Assembly (NCBI GenBank): GCA_964506795.1
Contig: CAZDMR010000001.1
Location: 87,975 to 151,974, forward strand
Reading direction: 5' to 3'
DNA: 64,000 nucleotides
From: an uncultured Acidobacteriota bacterium
GTDB lineage: Bacteria > Acidobacteriota > UBA6911
Position 1 is the stretch's first letter; the number at the start of each line of letters is the position of its first letter. The position numbers and the translations under genes were made by a program. Of this stretch, positions 1 through 10,201 are shown piece after piece. The notes below the pieces were generated by a model. It saw only the letters and a program-made list of their open reading frames with translations, was not told the origin of the DNA and did no database searches.

Positions 1-1496
1 TCAGGGTCGGCGACCTTCTCCGGATAAAGCCGGGCGAAAGTATTCCGACCGACGGCGTGGTGGTTGAAGGAGGAAGCAGCGTGGACGAGTCCATGATCAC
101 GGGCGAACCCATTCCGGCGGAAAAACAGTCCGGCGACCGGGTCGTCGGAGGCACCGTCAACCGGACCGGAGGATTTATGATGCGCGCTGAACGCGTGGGC
201 GTCGAAACCCTGCTGGCTCAAATTGTCCGCATGGTTTCCGAGGCGCAGCGCAGCCGGGCGCCCATACAGAAGCTGGCCGACCGCGTTGCCGGTTATTTCG
301 TTCCCGCCGTAATCGCCGTTTCGGTCCTTACGTTCATTGTGTGGTCCCTTTGGGGGCCGGCCCCGAGAATGGTATTCGCTTTGGTGAATGCCATCGCCGT
401 GCTGATTATCGCCTGCCCCTGCGCGCTGGGCCTGGCTACGCCGATGTCCATCATGGTTGCGAGCGGCAGAGGCGCGACCATGGGCGTGTTGTTTAAAAAC
501 GCCGAGGCGATCGAAAATATGCGCAAGGTGGACACGCTGGTCGTTGACAAAACCGGAACTCTGACCGAGGGCAAGCCGAAGATAACCGCCGTCCGGCCTG
601 CAAACAGCTTTGACGAGAACCATCTGATTCAGTTGGCGGCGGGCCTGGAGCGCGGGAGCGAACATCCCCTTGCCGCCGCGGTTTCGGCAAAGGCGGAAGA
701 GCTCCGGGCGGAGGTTTTTCCTGTCGAGGACTTCCAATCGTTTACGGGAAAAGGCGTGCGCGGCCGGGTCAAAGGCCGCCTCGTGGAGCTGGGAACCCGC
801 GAATTCATTGAGGAATCCGGGGTCGACACCACCGCCCTCCTCGACCAAGCAGAATCTCTCCGCCGCGGCGGCCACACGGTCGTTTTTGTCGCGGTAGACG
901 GCACCCCGGCGGGACTCCTCGGCGCTGCGGATCCGGTTAAAGAAACCGCGTCCGATGCCATCCGCCGCCTCCGCAGCGAGGGAATGCGCATTGTGATGCT
1001 GACCGGAGATCATGCGACTGCTGCCTTGATGGCGGCTGAAAAACTCGGAATCGACGAAGTCTTGGCAGAGATCCTGCCGCAAGATAAAAACCAAAAGGTG
1101 AAAGACCTTCAAAAAGAAGGCCGATTTGTAGCGATGGCGGGCGACGGCATCAACGACGCGCCGGCCTTGGCGCAGGCGCAGGTGGGGATCGCAATGGGAG
1201 CGGGCGCCGACGTTGCGGTCGAAAGCGCAGACATCACTCTGGTTAAGGGCGATTTGCGGGGCGTAATCAAGGCCCGGTCTTTAAGCAACGCCACCCTGAA
1301 AAACATCAAACAGAACCTGTTTTTTGCCTTCGTCTATAACTCGCTGGGCGTGCCGATCGCGGCCGGCGCTCTCTACCCTTTTTTTGGAATTCTGCTGAGC
1401 CCGATTATCGCCGCCGCCGCCATGAGTTTCAGCTCGGTATCCGTAATCGGCAATGCGCTTCGTCTGAGAAAAGCAAAACTCGACGAAAAATATTGA
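1..1496 (+). CDS. Heavy-metal (Cu/Zn/Cd-type) P1B-type ATPase, C-terminal part. The gene starts upstream of the window; reading frame begins at nt 3.
   Basis: Frame 3 is open from nt 3 ([38 protein letters not shown]). A CPC metal-binding motif in the transmembrane region ([11 protein letters not shown]), the phosphorylation/hinge motifs and the [11 protein letters not shown] motif are all present. The CDS ends at TGA 1494-1496. Confidence 0.9.
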   Translation, partial: RVGDLLRIKPGESIPTDGVVVEGGSSVDESMITGEPIPAEKQSGDRVVGGTVNRTGGFMMRAERVGVETLLAQIVRMVSEAQRSRAPIQKLADRVAGYFVPAVIAVSVLTFIVWSLWGPAPRMVFALVNAIAVLIIACPCALGLATPMSIMVASGRGATMGVLFKNAEAIENMRKVDTLVVDKTGTLTEGKPKITAVRPANSFDENHLIQLAAGLERGSEHPLAAAVSAKAEELRAEVFPVEDFQSFTGKGVRGRVKGRLVELGTREFIEESGVDTTALLDQAESLRRGGHTVVFVAVDGTPAGLLGAADPVKETASDAIRRLRSEGMRIVMLTGDHATAALMAAEKLGIDEVLAEILPQDKNQKVKDLQKEGRFVAMAGDGINDAPALAQAQVGIAMGAGADVAVESADITLVKGDLRGVIKARSLSNATLKNIKQNLFFAFVYNSLGVPIAAGALYPFFGILLSPIIAAAAMSFSSVSVIGNALRLRKAKLDEKY

Positions 1497-1511
1497 CTTC
1501 AGCGCAGCGAG

Positions 1512-2528
1512 CTATTCTTCCGATCTATCGGCGCGGGATTGGAAAGCCCCCTTCAGCATTTGCATGTAATTCGCACGAGTCAATGCGTCGGGATCCGGAA
1601 CGCTCTTGAAATTCATAACGCCCCGCATCTCCCTCACCGACTCATATCCGTGCTGCTCCATCCACCGCGCAAGCCCTTCGGCCAGAGTTTTAAGGTGCCC
1701 CGTCCCCTTCTGCAGGAGAGCCGAAACGACCTGGACGGCATCGGCCCCGGCCATGATGGATTTGACGACATCTTCTGCGGTATGGACTCCTCCGGTTACG
1801 GCCAGGGAGGCCTTTATCTTGTGGGAAAGCAGAGCAAGCCAGCGAAGCCTCAGCCGCAGCTCTTCCGAAGTGGACAGCTCAAGGCGCGGAACAACATCGA
1901 GGGATCCCACGTCGATATCCGGCTGATAGAAGCGGTTGAAGATTACGATCCCGTCCGCTCCGGCCGATTCCAGCCGGTAAATTGCATTGGCGGTGGAGGA
2001 AAAATACGGCCCGATTTTCACCGCAACAGGGATGGACACGCTCTGCTTGACCTGATTCAGAATTTCAATGCATCGCTGCTCCACCTGTTCTCCCGTTTCC
2101 TCCAGACTGGCGCCCAGAAAGAAGAGATTCAGCTCCAGAGCGCTTGCGCCGGCTTCTTCCATCCGACGCGCGTAATCCGTCCAGCCGCCCGCTGTCGATC
2201 CATTCAGCGAAGCGATGACGGGGACGGTCACCGCGTCCTTAACCCGCTGGATATGCTCCAAATATTCCTCGGGGCCTATCCGAAAATCGGGAAGGTTTGG
2301 AAAATACGAAGTCGCTTCTCCGAAGCTTTCCGCCGGTCCATCCATATGGCTATGCATGGCAAGCTGTTCCTGGAGTATCTGCTCCTCAAAAAGCGAATGC
2401 AGAATTACGGCCGAAGCTCCGGCCTCTTCCAGACGCTTGATTTCCTCCAGATCCTCGGAAAGGGGCGATGCGCCCGGCATCAGCGGACTCTTAAGCTTCA
2501 GTCCAATGTAATCGGTGCTGAGATCCAT
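1512..2528 (-). CDS. Dihydroorotate dehydrogenase-like (TIM-barrel flavoprotein) protein immediately downstream of PFOR
   Basis: 338 aa DHOD/DHPD-family TIM-barrel signature (IPVAVKIGPYFSS...GADGIVIFNR). Co-directional with por and 15 bp downstream of it, a pairing common in anaerobes. Confidence 0.7.
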   Translation of the reverse strand: MDLSTDYIGLKLKSPLMPGASPLSEDLEEIKRLEEAGASAVILHSLFEEQILQEQLAMHSHMDGPAESFGEATSYFPNLPDFRIGPEEYLEHIQRVKDAVTVPVIASLNGSTAGGWTDYARRMEEAGASALELNLFFLGASLEETGEQVEQRCIEILNQVKQSVSIPVAVKIGPYFSSTANAIYRLESAGADGIVIFNRFYQPDIDVGSLDVVPRLELSTSEELRLRLRWLALLSHKIKASLAVTGGVHTAEDVVKSIMAGADAVQVVSALLQKGTGHLKTLAEGLARWMEQHGYESVREMRGVMNFKSVPDPDALTRANYMQMLKGAFQSRADRSEE

Positions 2529-2543
2529 TATGTTGTCTCCTCT

Positions 2544-5500
2544 CTACTCTTTTCCCACGTGTACTGCTTTTCCTGAATCCTGCTTCTGCTCCATGGCGTC
2601 CTCCCTGCGATAGCTCATTTTCGCTATCTGGGTGTACTTGAGCCACTTTAGATCAATGTTTTCCTGGGCCAGCTTCATCAGCATTTTCGCGCGTTCCGGA
2701 TCGGATTTCTCCAGCATGCGGTAGCGGGTCTCGTTCCGGGCATAATCGCGAAACGGCATGGAAGGCGGCTTCGAATCGAGCTGAAGAGGATTCTTTCCCT
2801 CCCCAGCCAGCCGGGGATCGAACCGATATAGGGGCCAATACCCGCTCTGGACAGCCAATTTCTGCTGATCGAGACCGTTCTCCAGGTTGTAGCCGTGGGC
2901 GATGCAGTGGCAGTAACAGATGATAAGAGAGGGACCGGGATAGGATTCGGCTTCAAGGAAGGCTTTGACAGTCTGAGCGTCATTGGCGCCGAATGCCGTC
3001 TGGGCCACATATACGGATCCGTAAGTCATGGCCAGCATCCCAAGGTCCTTTTTCCCGACGCCCTTGCCGGCCATGGCGAATTTCGCGGCCGCACCGAGCG
3101 GGGTGGCCTTGGAAGCCTGTCCGCCCGTATTGGAGTAAACCTCCGTATCCAAAACGAGCAGATTCACATCCCAGCCGAGAGCCAGAACATGATCCAGTCC
3201 GCCGTAGCCGATGTCGTAAGCCCATCCGTCGCCGCCGATTCCCCAAACGCTCTTCTTCGTGAAATAGTCTGCTATCTCACTCAGGCGCCGCGCCTCCTCG
3301 GTGTCCAATGCCGCCAGTTTTTCCCTGAGGGCCTCTACTCGTTTCCGTTGATCGCGCAGTCCCGATTCATTGCTCATGTCGGCATCGACTATTTCCCTTG
3401 CCAGGGTTTCTCCGATTTTCGGGGCAAGGCGGTTGAGCAAGGTGCCTGCAAGCCTGGTGTTTTGATCGATGGCCAGACGCATGCCGAAGGAAAATTCGGC
3501 GGCGTCTTCAAATAAAGAATTATTCCATGACGGGCCCCGGCCTTCCGCATTTGATGTGTAAGGCGTCGTAGGCAGATTGCCTCCGTAGATGGACGAACAA
3601 CCGGTTGCGTTTCCGATTACCGCCCGATCGCCGAAAAGCTGAGTTAGAAGCTTGATATAGGGCGTTTCACCGCATCCGGCACAGGCGCCGGAATACTCAA
3701 AAAGCGGACGGAGAAACTGAGAACCCTTGACGTCCATCCTTACTTTGGTTCTGTCGGGATCGGGCAGCTGCTTGAGGAAGAAATCATAATTCACCCTCTC
3801 CTGTTCCCGCAGCGGAGCCTGCGGGGCCATGTTCAAGGCCTTGCGCTTGGGATCTTTTTTGTCCTTGACCGGGCAGGCCTCGAAGCAAAGAGAACAGCCG
3901 GTGCAATCCTCAGGAGCCACCTGAAGGGCATACTTGTAACCCGGAAATTCCTTGCCCTTATAGTCCATGGACTTGAAAGCGGGCGGAGCGTCCTTAAGCA
4001 ATTCGGGTGGAAATACCTTCGGGCGGATGGCCGCATGGGGGCATACCAAAGCGCATTTATTGCACTGGATACAGATACTTGGATCCCATACGGGAATATC
4101 GAGGGCGATATTCCGTTTCTCCCACGCGGTCGTACCCGTGGGCCAAGTCCCGTCCGCCGGGAAAGCGCTGACGGGAAGATTATCTCCCCGCTCCGCTATG
4201 ATTTCAGCCGTCACCTTGCGAACGAACTCGGGAGCTTCCGCCGAGACAACCGGCGGGCGTCCCATCTGGGCCGTGATCCGGTCCGGGACATGGACCTCAT
4301 AGAGATTTGCAAGAGTATGGTCTACAGCCTCGAAATTGAGACGCACAATCTCGTCTCCCTTCCTGCCGTAGGTTTTTTTAATAGCGCCCTTGATCTTCTC
4401 TATTGCCTCCTCTTTCGGCAAAACGTTGGATATTGCGAAAAAGCAGGTTTGCATGATGGTGTTGATGCGGCTCCCCATCTTTTTTTCTCGCGCTATCCGA
4501 TAGGCGTCGATGACGTAAAATTTGAGCTTCTTTTTGATTAAATCTTCCTGCACTTCCCGCGGCAGATGATCCCAGACTTCATCCGGGCCGTAGGGAGCAT
4601 TCAGAAGGAAAACCGCTCCAGGAGCCGCATATCGCAGCATGTCATACTTCTCCAGGAATACCAGCTGGTGGCAGGCGACGAAATTGGCTTTCCGGATCAG
4701 GTAGACGGAGCGGATAGGCCGCGGGCCGAAGCGAAGATGGGACACGGTTACGGAACCCGATTTTCTGGAGTCGTAAACAAAGTATCCCTGGGCGTAGTTA
4801 TCGCTTTCCTCGCCTATGATTTTGATGGAATTTTTATTGGCCCCCACAGTCCCGTCCGCGCCGAGGCCGAAAAAGACGCTGCGGATTACGTCATCGGGTT
4901 CGATGTCAAAATCAGGATCGTAGTCTAAAGACGTTTGGGTGACATCATCGCGGATTCCTATCGTAAAATGATTCTTGGGCCGGGCGGCGGCCAACTCGTC
5001 GAAAACCGCTTTTATCATGGCCGGAGTGAACTCCTTGGATGAGAGGCCGTACCGGCCGCCTATAACCGAGGGGTCCGTTTGCAGGAGCGCTTGATTCTCC
5101 CGCCGGTTTTCCGCCAGCGCATTGCTCACATCCAGATAGAGAGGCTCTCCGGTGGCTCCGGGCTCCTTGGAACGATCCAGAACCGCGATGGCCTTTACGC
5201 CGCGCGGCAGCGCCGCCAGAAAATGGCGCGCCGAAAACGGGCGGAACAACCGTACCTTGATCAAACCCACCTTTTCCTTGCGGTTTGCCGCCAGCCATTC
5301 CACTGTTTCGTGAACCGTTTCCGCGGCGGATCCCATGATGACAATCACGCGCTCCGCATCGGCCGGCCCCACATAATCATAAAGATTGTACCGGCGGCCG
5401 GCAACTTCGGCGAATCGGTCCATGGCTTCCTGGACAATTTCCGGGCACGATAGGTAAAAAGGATTCACCGCTTCGCGGCCTTGAAAAAACACATCGGGAT

Positions 5501-6164
5501 TTTGAGAGGTTCCCCGAAGCTTGGGATGATCCGGAGAAAGAGCGCGCCGCCTGTGTTCCCGGATCGATTCCTCATCGATCATTTGCCGAAGCTCGTCATT
5601 TGAGAGCTCGACGATCTTGCTTACTTCGTGGGATGTCCGGAAGCCGTCGAAAAAGTGAATAAAGGGAATCCGCGCCTTGAGGCTGGCTGCTTGCGCGATG
5701 CAGGCAAAATCATGCGCCTCCTGCACCGGCCCCGCGGCCAGCATGCCCCACCCTGTTTGCCGGCAGGCGTAGATATCCGAATGGTCGCCGAAAATGGAAA
5801 GCGCATGGGTCGCCAGAGAACGCGCGGCTACATGAAATACCGCCGGGGTAAGTTCTCCCGCAATCTTGTAAAGCGTGGGAATCATGAGAAGCAATCCCTG
5901 GGACGCGGTGAAAGTCGTCGTCAATGCTCCTGCTTGCAGCGCGCCGTGCACCGCGGCCGAAGCTCCTCCTTCCGATTGCATTTCAACCACCTGAGGCACC
6001 ATGCCCCAAATGTTTTGATTCCCCTGGGCGGACCATTCGTCGGCCCATTCCCCCATATTTGAAGATGGAGTTATGGGATAGATGGCAATCACTTCATTGA
6101 TTCGGTGTGCAACCGATGCTGCGGCCTCATTCCCGTCGATAGTAATATATCGTGCCCTTTTCAT
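2544..6164 (-). CDS. por: Pyruvate:ferredoxin (flavodoxin) oxidoreductase, homodimeric NifJ/PFOR type
   Basis: 1206 aa. The N-terminus MKRARYITIDGNEAAASVAHRINEVIAIYPITPSS is typical of PFOR. Two 4Fe-4S ferredoxin motifs are present (CIQCNKCALVCPHAAI, CTGCSLCFEACP), and a TPP-binding domain with the GDG motif lies near the C-terminus. Confidence 0.95.
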   Translation of the reverse strand: MKRARYITIDGNEAAASVAHRINEVIAIYPITPSSNMGEWADEWSAQGNQNIWGMVPQVVEMQSEGGASAAVHGALQAGALTTTFTASQGLLLMIPTLYKIAGELTPAVFHVAARSLATHALSIFGDHSDIYACRQTGWGMLAAGPVQEAHDFACIAQAASLKARIPFIHFFDGFRTSHEVSKIVELSNDELRQMIDEESIREHRRRALSPDHPKLRGTSQNPDVFFQGREAVNPFYLSCPEIVQEAMDRFAEVAGRRYNLYDYVGPADAERVIVIMGSAAETVHETVEWLAANRKEKVGLIKVRLFRPFSARHFLAALPRGVKAIAVLDRSKEPGATGEPLYLDVSNALAENRRENQALLQTDPSVIGGRYGLSSKEFTPAMIKAVFDELAAARPKNHFTIGIRDDVTQTSLDYDPDFDIEPDDVIRSVFFGLGADGTVGANKNSIKIIGEESDNYAQGYFVYDSRKSGSVTVSHLRFGPRPIRSVYLIRKANFVACHQLVFLEKYDMLRYAAPGAVFLLNAPYGPDEVWDHLPREVQEDLIKKKLKFYVIDAYRIAREKKMGSRINTIMQTCFFAISNVLPKEEAIEKIKGAIKKTYGRKGDEIVRLNFEAVDHTLANLYEVHVPDRITAQMGRPPVVSAEAPEFVRKVTAEIIAERGDNLPVSAFPADGTWPTGTTAWEKRNIALDIPVWDPSICIQCNKCALVCPHAAIRPKVFPPELLKDAPPAFKSMDYKGKEFPGYKYALQVAPEDCTGCSLCFEACPVKDKKDPKRKALNMAPQAPLREQERVNYDFFLKQLPDPDRTKVRMDVKGSQFLRPLFEYSGACAGCGETPYIKLLTQLFGDRAVIGNATGCSSIYGGNLPTTPYTSNAEGRGPSWNNSLFEDAAEFSFGMRLAIDQNTRLAGTLLNRLAPKIGETLAREIVDADMSNESGLRDQRKRVEALREKLAALDTEEARRLSEIADYFTKKSVWGIGGDGWAYDIGYGGLDHVLALGWDVNLLVLDTEVYSNTGGQASKATPLGAAAKFAMAGKGVGKKDLGMLAMTYGSVYVAQTAFGANDAQTVKAFLEAESYPGPSLIICYCHCIAHGYNLENGLDQQKLAVQSGYWPLYRFDPRLAGEGKNPLQLDSKPPSMPFRDYARNETRYRMLEKSDPERAKMLMKLAQENIDLKWLKYTQIAKMSYRREDAMEQKQDSGKAVHVGKE

Positions 6165-6815
6165 AGCAAATTTTCCTTCCCCTCCTGAACGGGCTGTAAA
6201 TGGTTTTAAGAAAGGCGCCCGGCGATAAGGAGGCTTGATTGTAATATCACGGCTGACTGCTCTTGAGGAATGTCTCGATTCGGGCGTAAAAAGCCGGCAA
6301 ATCGCGAGGATTGCGGCAAACGATCAGATTCAAATCGACCGCACCCTCCTTATCCGCAAAACCGAATCCGGCTTTCATGACATCATCCTAATATCGCAAA
6401 AAAACATGTGGCTGTATTTCCTGTCGGTATTCCTGCGGAAACCGGAACGACAACTCCGTCGAAATCCAATACCCTCATATCCCTGGTATCTTTTTTCGAA
6501 GAATTATATAAGATACACCATTTTTCGGCCCCATCCCACAAATATTGTCGCCGCAGATAACTGCCTGATTCCTGTTCGCATTGGCGGCGTTTTATGTTCC
6601 CAATCCCGGCGGCATCGGATGCCGCCGTCGCGCATCTTATTCAGTACAGCGCGCCATGAGATCCGGCCTCCGAAGACGGAAGTTCGACGGAATGATTATT
6701 TGCCCTGCCGTTCCAAAAGCGGATACCGTATGATTAAGAAGGAGCGAGAGATCGCTCCAATGGAACCTTATAGATGTTGACCCATACTGCTTTTATGTCT
6801 TGACGGGGGGCTGCC

Positions 6816-7568
6816 ATGGCATCAACGCCGATTCTTGAGATTATCAATGTGGGGCTCAGACTGGGAAGCAAACACATTCTGGACAATTTGAGCATGGAAT
6901 TTTGGCCCGGCTATGTACACGCGGTCATAGGCCCCAACGGCGCTGGAAAATCCACATTGGCATCCACCATCATGGGCCTTTCAGGGTACGGCAATTTCAC
7001 CGGCGATATCCTTTTTGAGGGCAAATCGATCCGGACGCTATCCATCGATCAACGCGCTAAAATGGGAATTACCCTGGCTTGGCAGGAACCGGCGAGATTT
7101 GAAGGACTTTCGATTCGTCGCTTCCTCCAGGCCGGGGCAGAAGACAAATCCATCGATAGAGTCCGGGAGGCTCTGGAACTGGTGGGGCTCAGATCGGAAA
7201 ATTACATGAACCGGGCCGTCGACACCACCCTTTCCGGCGGAGAGAGAAAGAGAATCGAACTCGCCTCCTTGCTGAACATGAAGCCCAAACTGGTCATGAT
7301 GGATGAACCCGATTCAGGCATAGACGTCGACGCACTGAATCACATTTTCGAAGCCATCCAAATACTTAAAAAGAACGGCAGCACCGTTCTTTTGATCACT
7401 CACAGCCTCACCGTGCTCAAGCAGGCGGATCACGGATTCCTCATCTGCTGCGGCAAATTGCTGGAAGAAGGAACTATCGATAAGCTGGCGCTTTTCTTCG
7501 GCGAGAAGTGCATCCCGTGCGACCACAATAACGTACCGGTACTGGAGAGCCTGAATGAGTCAAAATGA
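6816..7568 (+). CDS. sufC: Fe-S cluster assembly ATPase SufC
   Basis: Walker A GPNGAGKSTL and the ABC signature LSGGERKRIELASLLNMKPKLVMMDEPDSGIDVDAL align closely with SufC. There are no transmembrane segments. Confidence 0.85.
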   Translation: MASTPILEIINVGLRLGSKHILDNLSMEFWPGYVHAVIGPNGAGKSTLASTIMGLSGYGNFTGDILFEGKSIRTLSIDQRAKMGITLAWQEPARFEGLSIRRFLQAGAEDKSIDRVREALELVGLRSENYMNRAVDTTLSGGERKRIELASLLNMKPKLVMMDEPDSGIDVDALNHIFEAIQILKKNGSTVLLITHSLTVLKQADHGFLICCGKLLEEGTIDKLALFFGEKCIPCDHNNVPVLESLNESK

Positions 7569-8493
7569 CAATGAATTGATAAAAAGGATGTATGAGAGCT
7601 TGGGGGAATCTCATGAACACGCCCCTAACGTCGCTCATGTGGAAATACATCACAATAAGGTTCTGGGGCTCCACCTGGTTGAAGGGCTGCATATCGAGGC
7701 AAAAGAGCTTGACCAGGGGCTCGATGTCGAAATTGTGGTCGACAAAAACGTACAGATAGAAAACCCCGTGAAAATCTGTTTTGGGATGTTCCCGGAAGAA
7801 GGCGTTCAAGAAATTGTCATCCGCACGCATATTCAAGACAACGCCAAGGTGGGGATTATCGCCAGCTGCACTTTCCCTTTCGCCAAGGATATTGTTCATG
7901 CAATGGATGCGGATCTTACCATCGGCAGGAACGCCGAATATGCCTATATCGAGCGACACGTGCATGGGCCGCGGGGCGGCGTGAGGGTAATACCCAAGGC
8001 CAGAGTCCACCTTAAGGAAGGCGCGCGGTTCAGGACCGATTTTGAGTTGATCAAAGGAATGGTAGGGGACATTGATATAGATTATGAGGCCGTGTGCGAG
8101 GCAAAGAGTATTTTGGAAATGACCGCCCGGGTAAGCGGCAGAGGCAAGGATGTCATCAAAATCAATGAAAAGTGCACTCTGCTGGGCGAGGATTCGCGCG
8201 GGGTCCTGACAACCAACATCGCGGTACGCGACCAGGCGCAGGCCTTTATTAAAAACACGCTTATCGCCAAAGCCGCCGGGGCCCGCGGGCATGTCGATTG
8301 TAAAGAGATTATCCAGGATCAAGGGGTGGCAAAAGCGATTCCGGTTGTGGAAGTACACCATCCCAAGGCGCATGTCACTCATGAAGCGGCCATCGGCAGC
8401 GTGGATTCAAAACAGCTGGAGACTCTTATGTCCCGCGGATTGAGTGAAAATGACGCAACGGATTTAATTATTGAAGGATTATTGAGCCCTTAA
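7555..8493 (+). CDS. SufB/SufD-family Fe-S cluster assembly protein (short, 312 aa)
   Basis: Overlaps the sufC 3-prime end by 14 nt. The beta-helix SufBD-like C-terminal region is present. The sufC-sufBD pairing is typical of the minimal SUF system of anaerobes. Confidence 0.6.
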   Translation: MSQNDNELIKRMYESLGESHEHAPNVAHVEIHHNKVLGLHLVEGLHIEAKELDQGLDVEIVVDKNVQIENPVKICFGMFPEEGVQEIVIRTHIQDNAKVGIIASCTFPFAKDIVHAMDADLTIGRNAEYAYIERHVHGPRGGVRVIPKARVHLKEGARFRTDFELIKGMVGDIDIDYEAVCEAKSILEMTARVSGRGKDVIKINEKCTLLGEDSRGVLTTNIAVRDQAQAFIKNTLIAKAAGARGHVDCKEIIQDQGVAKAIPVVEVHHPKAHVTHEAAIGSVDSKQLETLMSRGLSENDATDLIIEGLLSP

Positions 8494-8566
8494 CCCGGAT
8501 GTTTCATGAAGCTTATACGGCGCCGGTGCTTGTCACCGAGCGGATAGCGGGATACATCCGGCGATA
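8490..8566. repeat. Repeat-family copy with inverted ends (CCGGATGTTTC ... GGATACATCCGG), overlapping the xylB 3-prime end
   Basis: TTAACCCGGATGTTTCATGAAGC begins at the sufBD TAA stop. The right arm GGATACATCCGGCG is its inverted match. Confidence 0.5.
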
Positions 8567-10018
8567 AGCTCGATAGCGTTCTTGCATCAAATCCGAGGTT
8601 TCCCGCTGCGGGGCGATTATTTTGTCGGTTTTCACAACTTCGCCGCACGCGGCATCCACCGAGCCCCATCTTCTTGCGCCGACGCCCGCGAGAATCGCCG
8701 CTCCGAAAGCCGCGCCTTCTTCGGCTTTGACGGTCTCCACTTCCCGGCCGTATACGTCCGCCTGAATCTGCCTCCACAGGGACGACCTGGCGCCGCCGCC
8801 GCCGAGCCGGATTTGTTTCACGGGAACGCCCAACTCCGCAAAAATAGTGAACGAGTCTTTCAGGCTGAAGGCCACTCCCTCGAGTATGGCGCGGATCACA
8901 TGCCCCCTCGTATGCACCGCCGCCAGACCCACCAGAGCGCCGCGCGCATTTGGATCGATATGAGGGGTGCGCTCGCCCATCAGATAGGGAGCCCACAGCA
9001 GGCCGTCCGATCCCGCCGGCGCCCGGGAGGCTTCTTCCGTCAGCCGTTCATAGGCATCCCGTCCGTCCTCGGCGCCCGCGCCGAAGCGGTCTCGAAACCA
9101 TCGCAGAGAAAGCCCGGCGGCTTGCGTCACTCCCATCACGTGCCATCGTCCGGGCACTGCGTGGCAGAAAGTATGCAGCCGCCCCCCGGGATCCAGCGCA
9201 GGGCGGTCGGTTGCCGCAAACACCACGCCGGAGGTTCCTATGGTGGCGCTCACGGCGCCGGGCGCAACTATTCCCATGCCGGTAGCCCCCGCCGCCTGGT
9301 CACCGGCACCGGCGACTGTCGGCGTTCCCGCTTTCAGCCCCGTTGCCGCCGCGCCCTCAGCGCTCACTTTTCCGCATATTTCCTGGGATTCGTACAATTG
9401 CGGCAGCATCGACTCGTCGATTTCCGCGGACTGGAGGATCTCAGCGGACCAGCGGCGTTTCGCCACGTCCAAAAGGAGCGTCCCCGAAGCGTCGGCGACA
9501 TCAGTGGCCCGTTCTCCGGTCAGCCGGAAGCGAACGTAATCCTTGGGAAGCATGACGAAACGGACGCGCTTCCAGTTTTCGGGCTCCTTTTCTCGAACCC
9601 ATAAAAACTTGGTCAGGGTGAAATTGGGGAGCGCCGGATTGCAGACAAGCCGGATTAAACGGTCCGCTCCCACTTTTTGGGTGAAATCCCGGCATTGCTT
9701 TTCAGTGCGGACATCGCACCAGATAAGAGCCGGACGAACGATGCCATGCCCCGCGTCCAGCATTACGGCTCCATGCATCTGGCCTGAGAATCCGACGCAC
9801 TCGATCCGATCTCCGCTCAGGTTTGCATTTTCCAGAGCCCTGCGCACAGCCAGCCCGCATGCGCGCCACCAGTCTTCCGGATTTTGTTCCGCCCAGCCGA
9901 TTTCGGGCGAGGCGAACGCCTGGTGTTCCTCCGTAGCGGATCCGGCCACGGTTCCCTTTTCATCGAGAATCAACGCCCGTGTCCCGCCGGTGCCGACATC
10001 AATTCCGAGAAAATACAT
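8513..10018 (-). CDS. xylB: Xylulokinase (FGGY carbohydrate kinase)
   Basis: MYFLGIDVGTGGTRALILDE...GQMHGAVMLD...LWVREKEPENW...LPKDYVRFRLTGE is collinear with E. coli XylB. The start is placed at the internal ATG 10018, preceded by GGAGGAC; the 31-aa upstream extension in the ORF track has no RBS. Confidence 0.88.
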   Translation of the reverse strand: MYFLGIDVGTGGTRALILDEKGTVAGSATEEHQAFASPEIGWAEQNPEDWWRACGLAVRRALENANLSGDRIECVGFSGQMHGAVMLDAGHGIVRPALIWCDVRTEKQCRDFTQKVGADRLIRLVCNPALPNFTLTKFLWVREKEPENWKRVRFVMLPKDYVRFRLTGERATDVADASGTLLLDVAKRRWSAEILQSAEIDESMLPQLYESQEICGKVSAEGAAATGLKAGTPTVAGAGDQAAGATGMGIVAPGAVSATIGTSGVVFAATDRPALDPGGRLHTFCHAVPGRWHVMGVTQAAGLSLRWFRDRFGAGAEDGRDAYERLTEEASRAPAGSDGLLWAPYLMGERTPHIDPNARGALVGLAAVHTRGHVIRAILEGVAFSLKDSFTIFAELGVPVKQIRLGGGGARSSLWRQIQADVYGREVETVKAEEGAAFGAAILAGVGARRWGSVDAACGEVVKTDKIIAPQRETSDLMQERYRAYRRMYPAIRSVTSTGAV

Positions 10019-10201
10019 ATTTTGTCCTCCGGAATCTCCCGATCGCAAGCAACCAAAATGCCGCATCCGCCGGATGCCGCCGCAACCGGGATTGGCATCG
10101 TCCGATTTCAATAAATTGCTTACCGTGCATGTTGACGGGGTGCTATAGTACCACGCGTTCGCCGGATTTCAACCTGCGCCGGCCGTCATGGAGGATACTC
10201 T

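Noticed and set aside
1539-2576. 345-aa ORF antisense to the DHOD-like gene, and similar long antisense ORFs at 8582-9604, 10673-11968, 13193-14263, 19940-21100, 21504-23075, 25879-26598, 31573-32298, 48683-49786 and 50301-51344
   Set aside because: These are typical high-GC shadow ORFs on the opposite strand of strongly supported genes. They have no domains and are Arg/Pro/Gly-rich.
6235-6780. 181-aa ORF in the track between por and sufC
   Set aside because: It sits in an AT-rich stretch with atypical composition, has no RBS and has no recognisable domain. It is most likely intergenic regulatory DNA.
10019-10111. 31-aa N-terminal extension of xylulokinase (MKSDDANPG...)
   Set aside because: There is no RBS. 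The internal ATG at 10018 is preceded by GGAGGAC, and the protein aligns with XylB from that Met.
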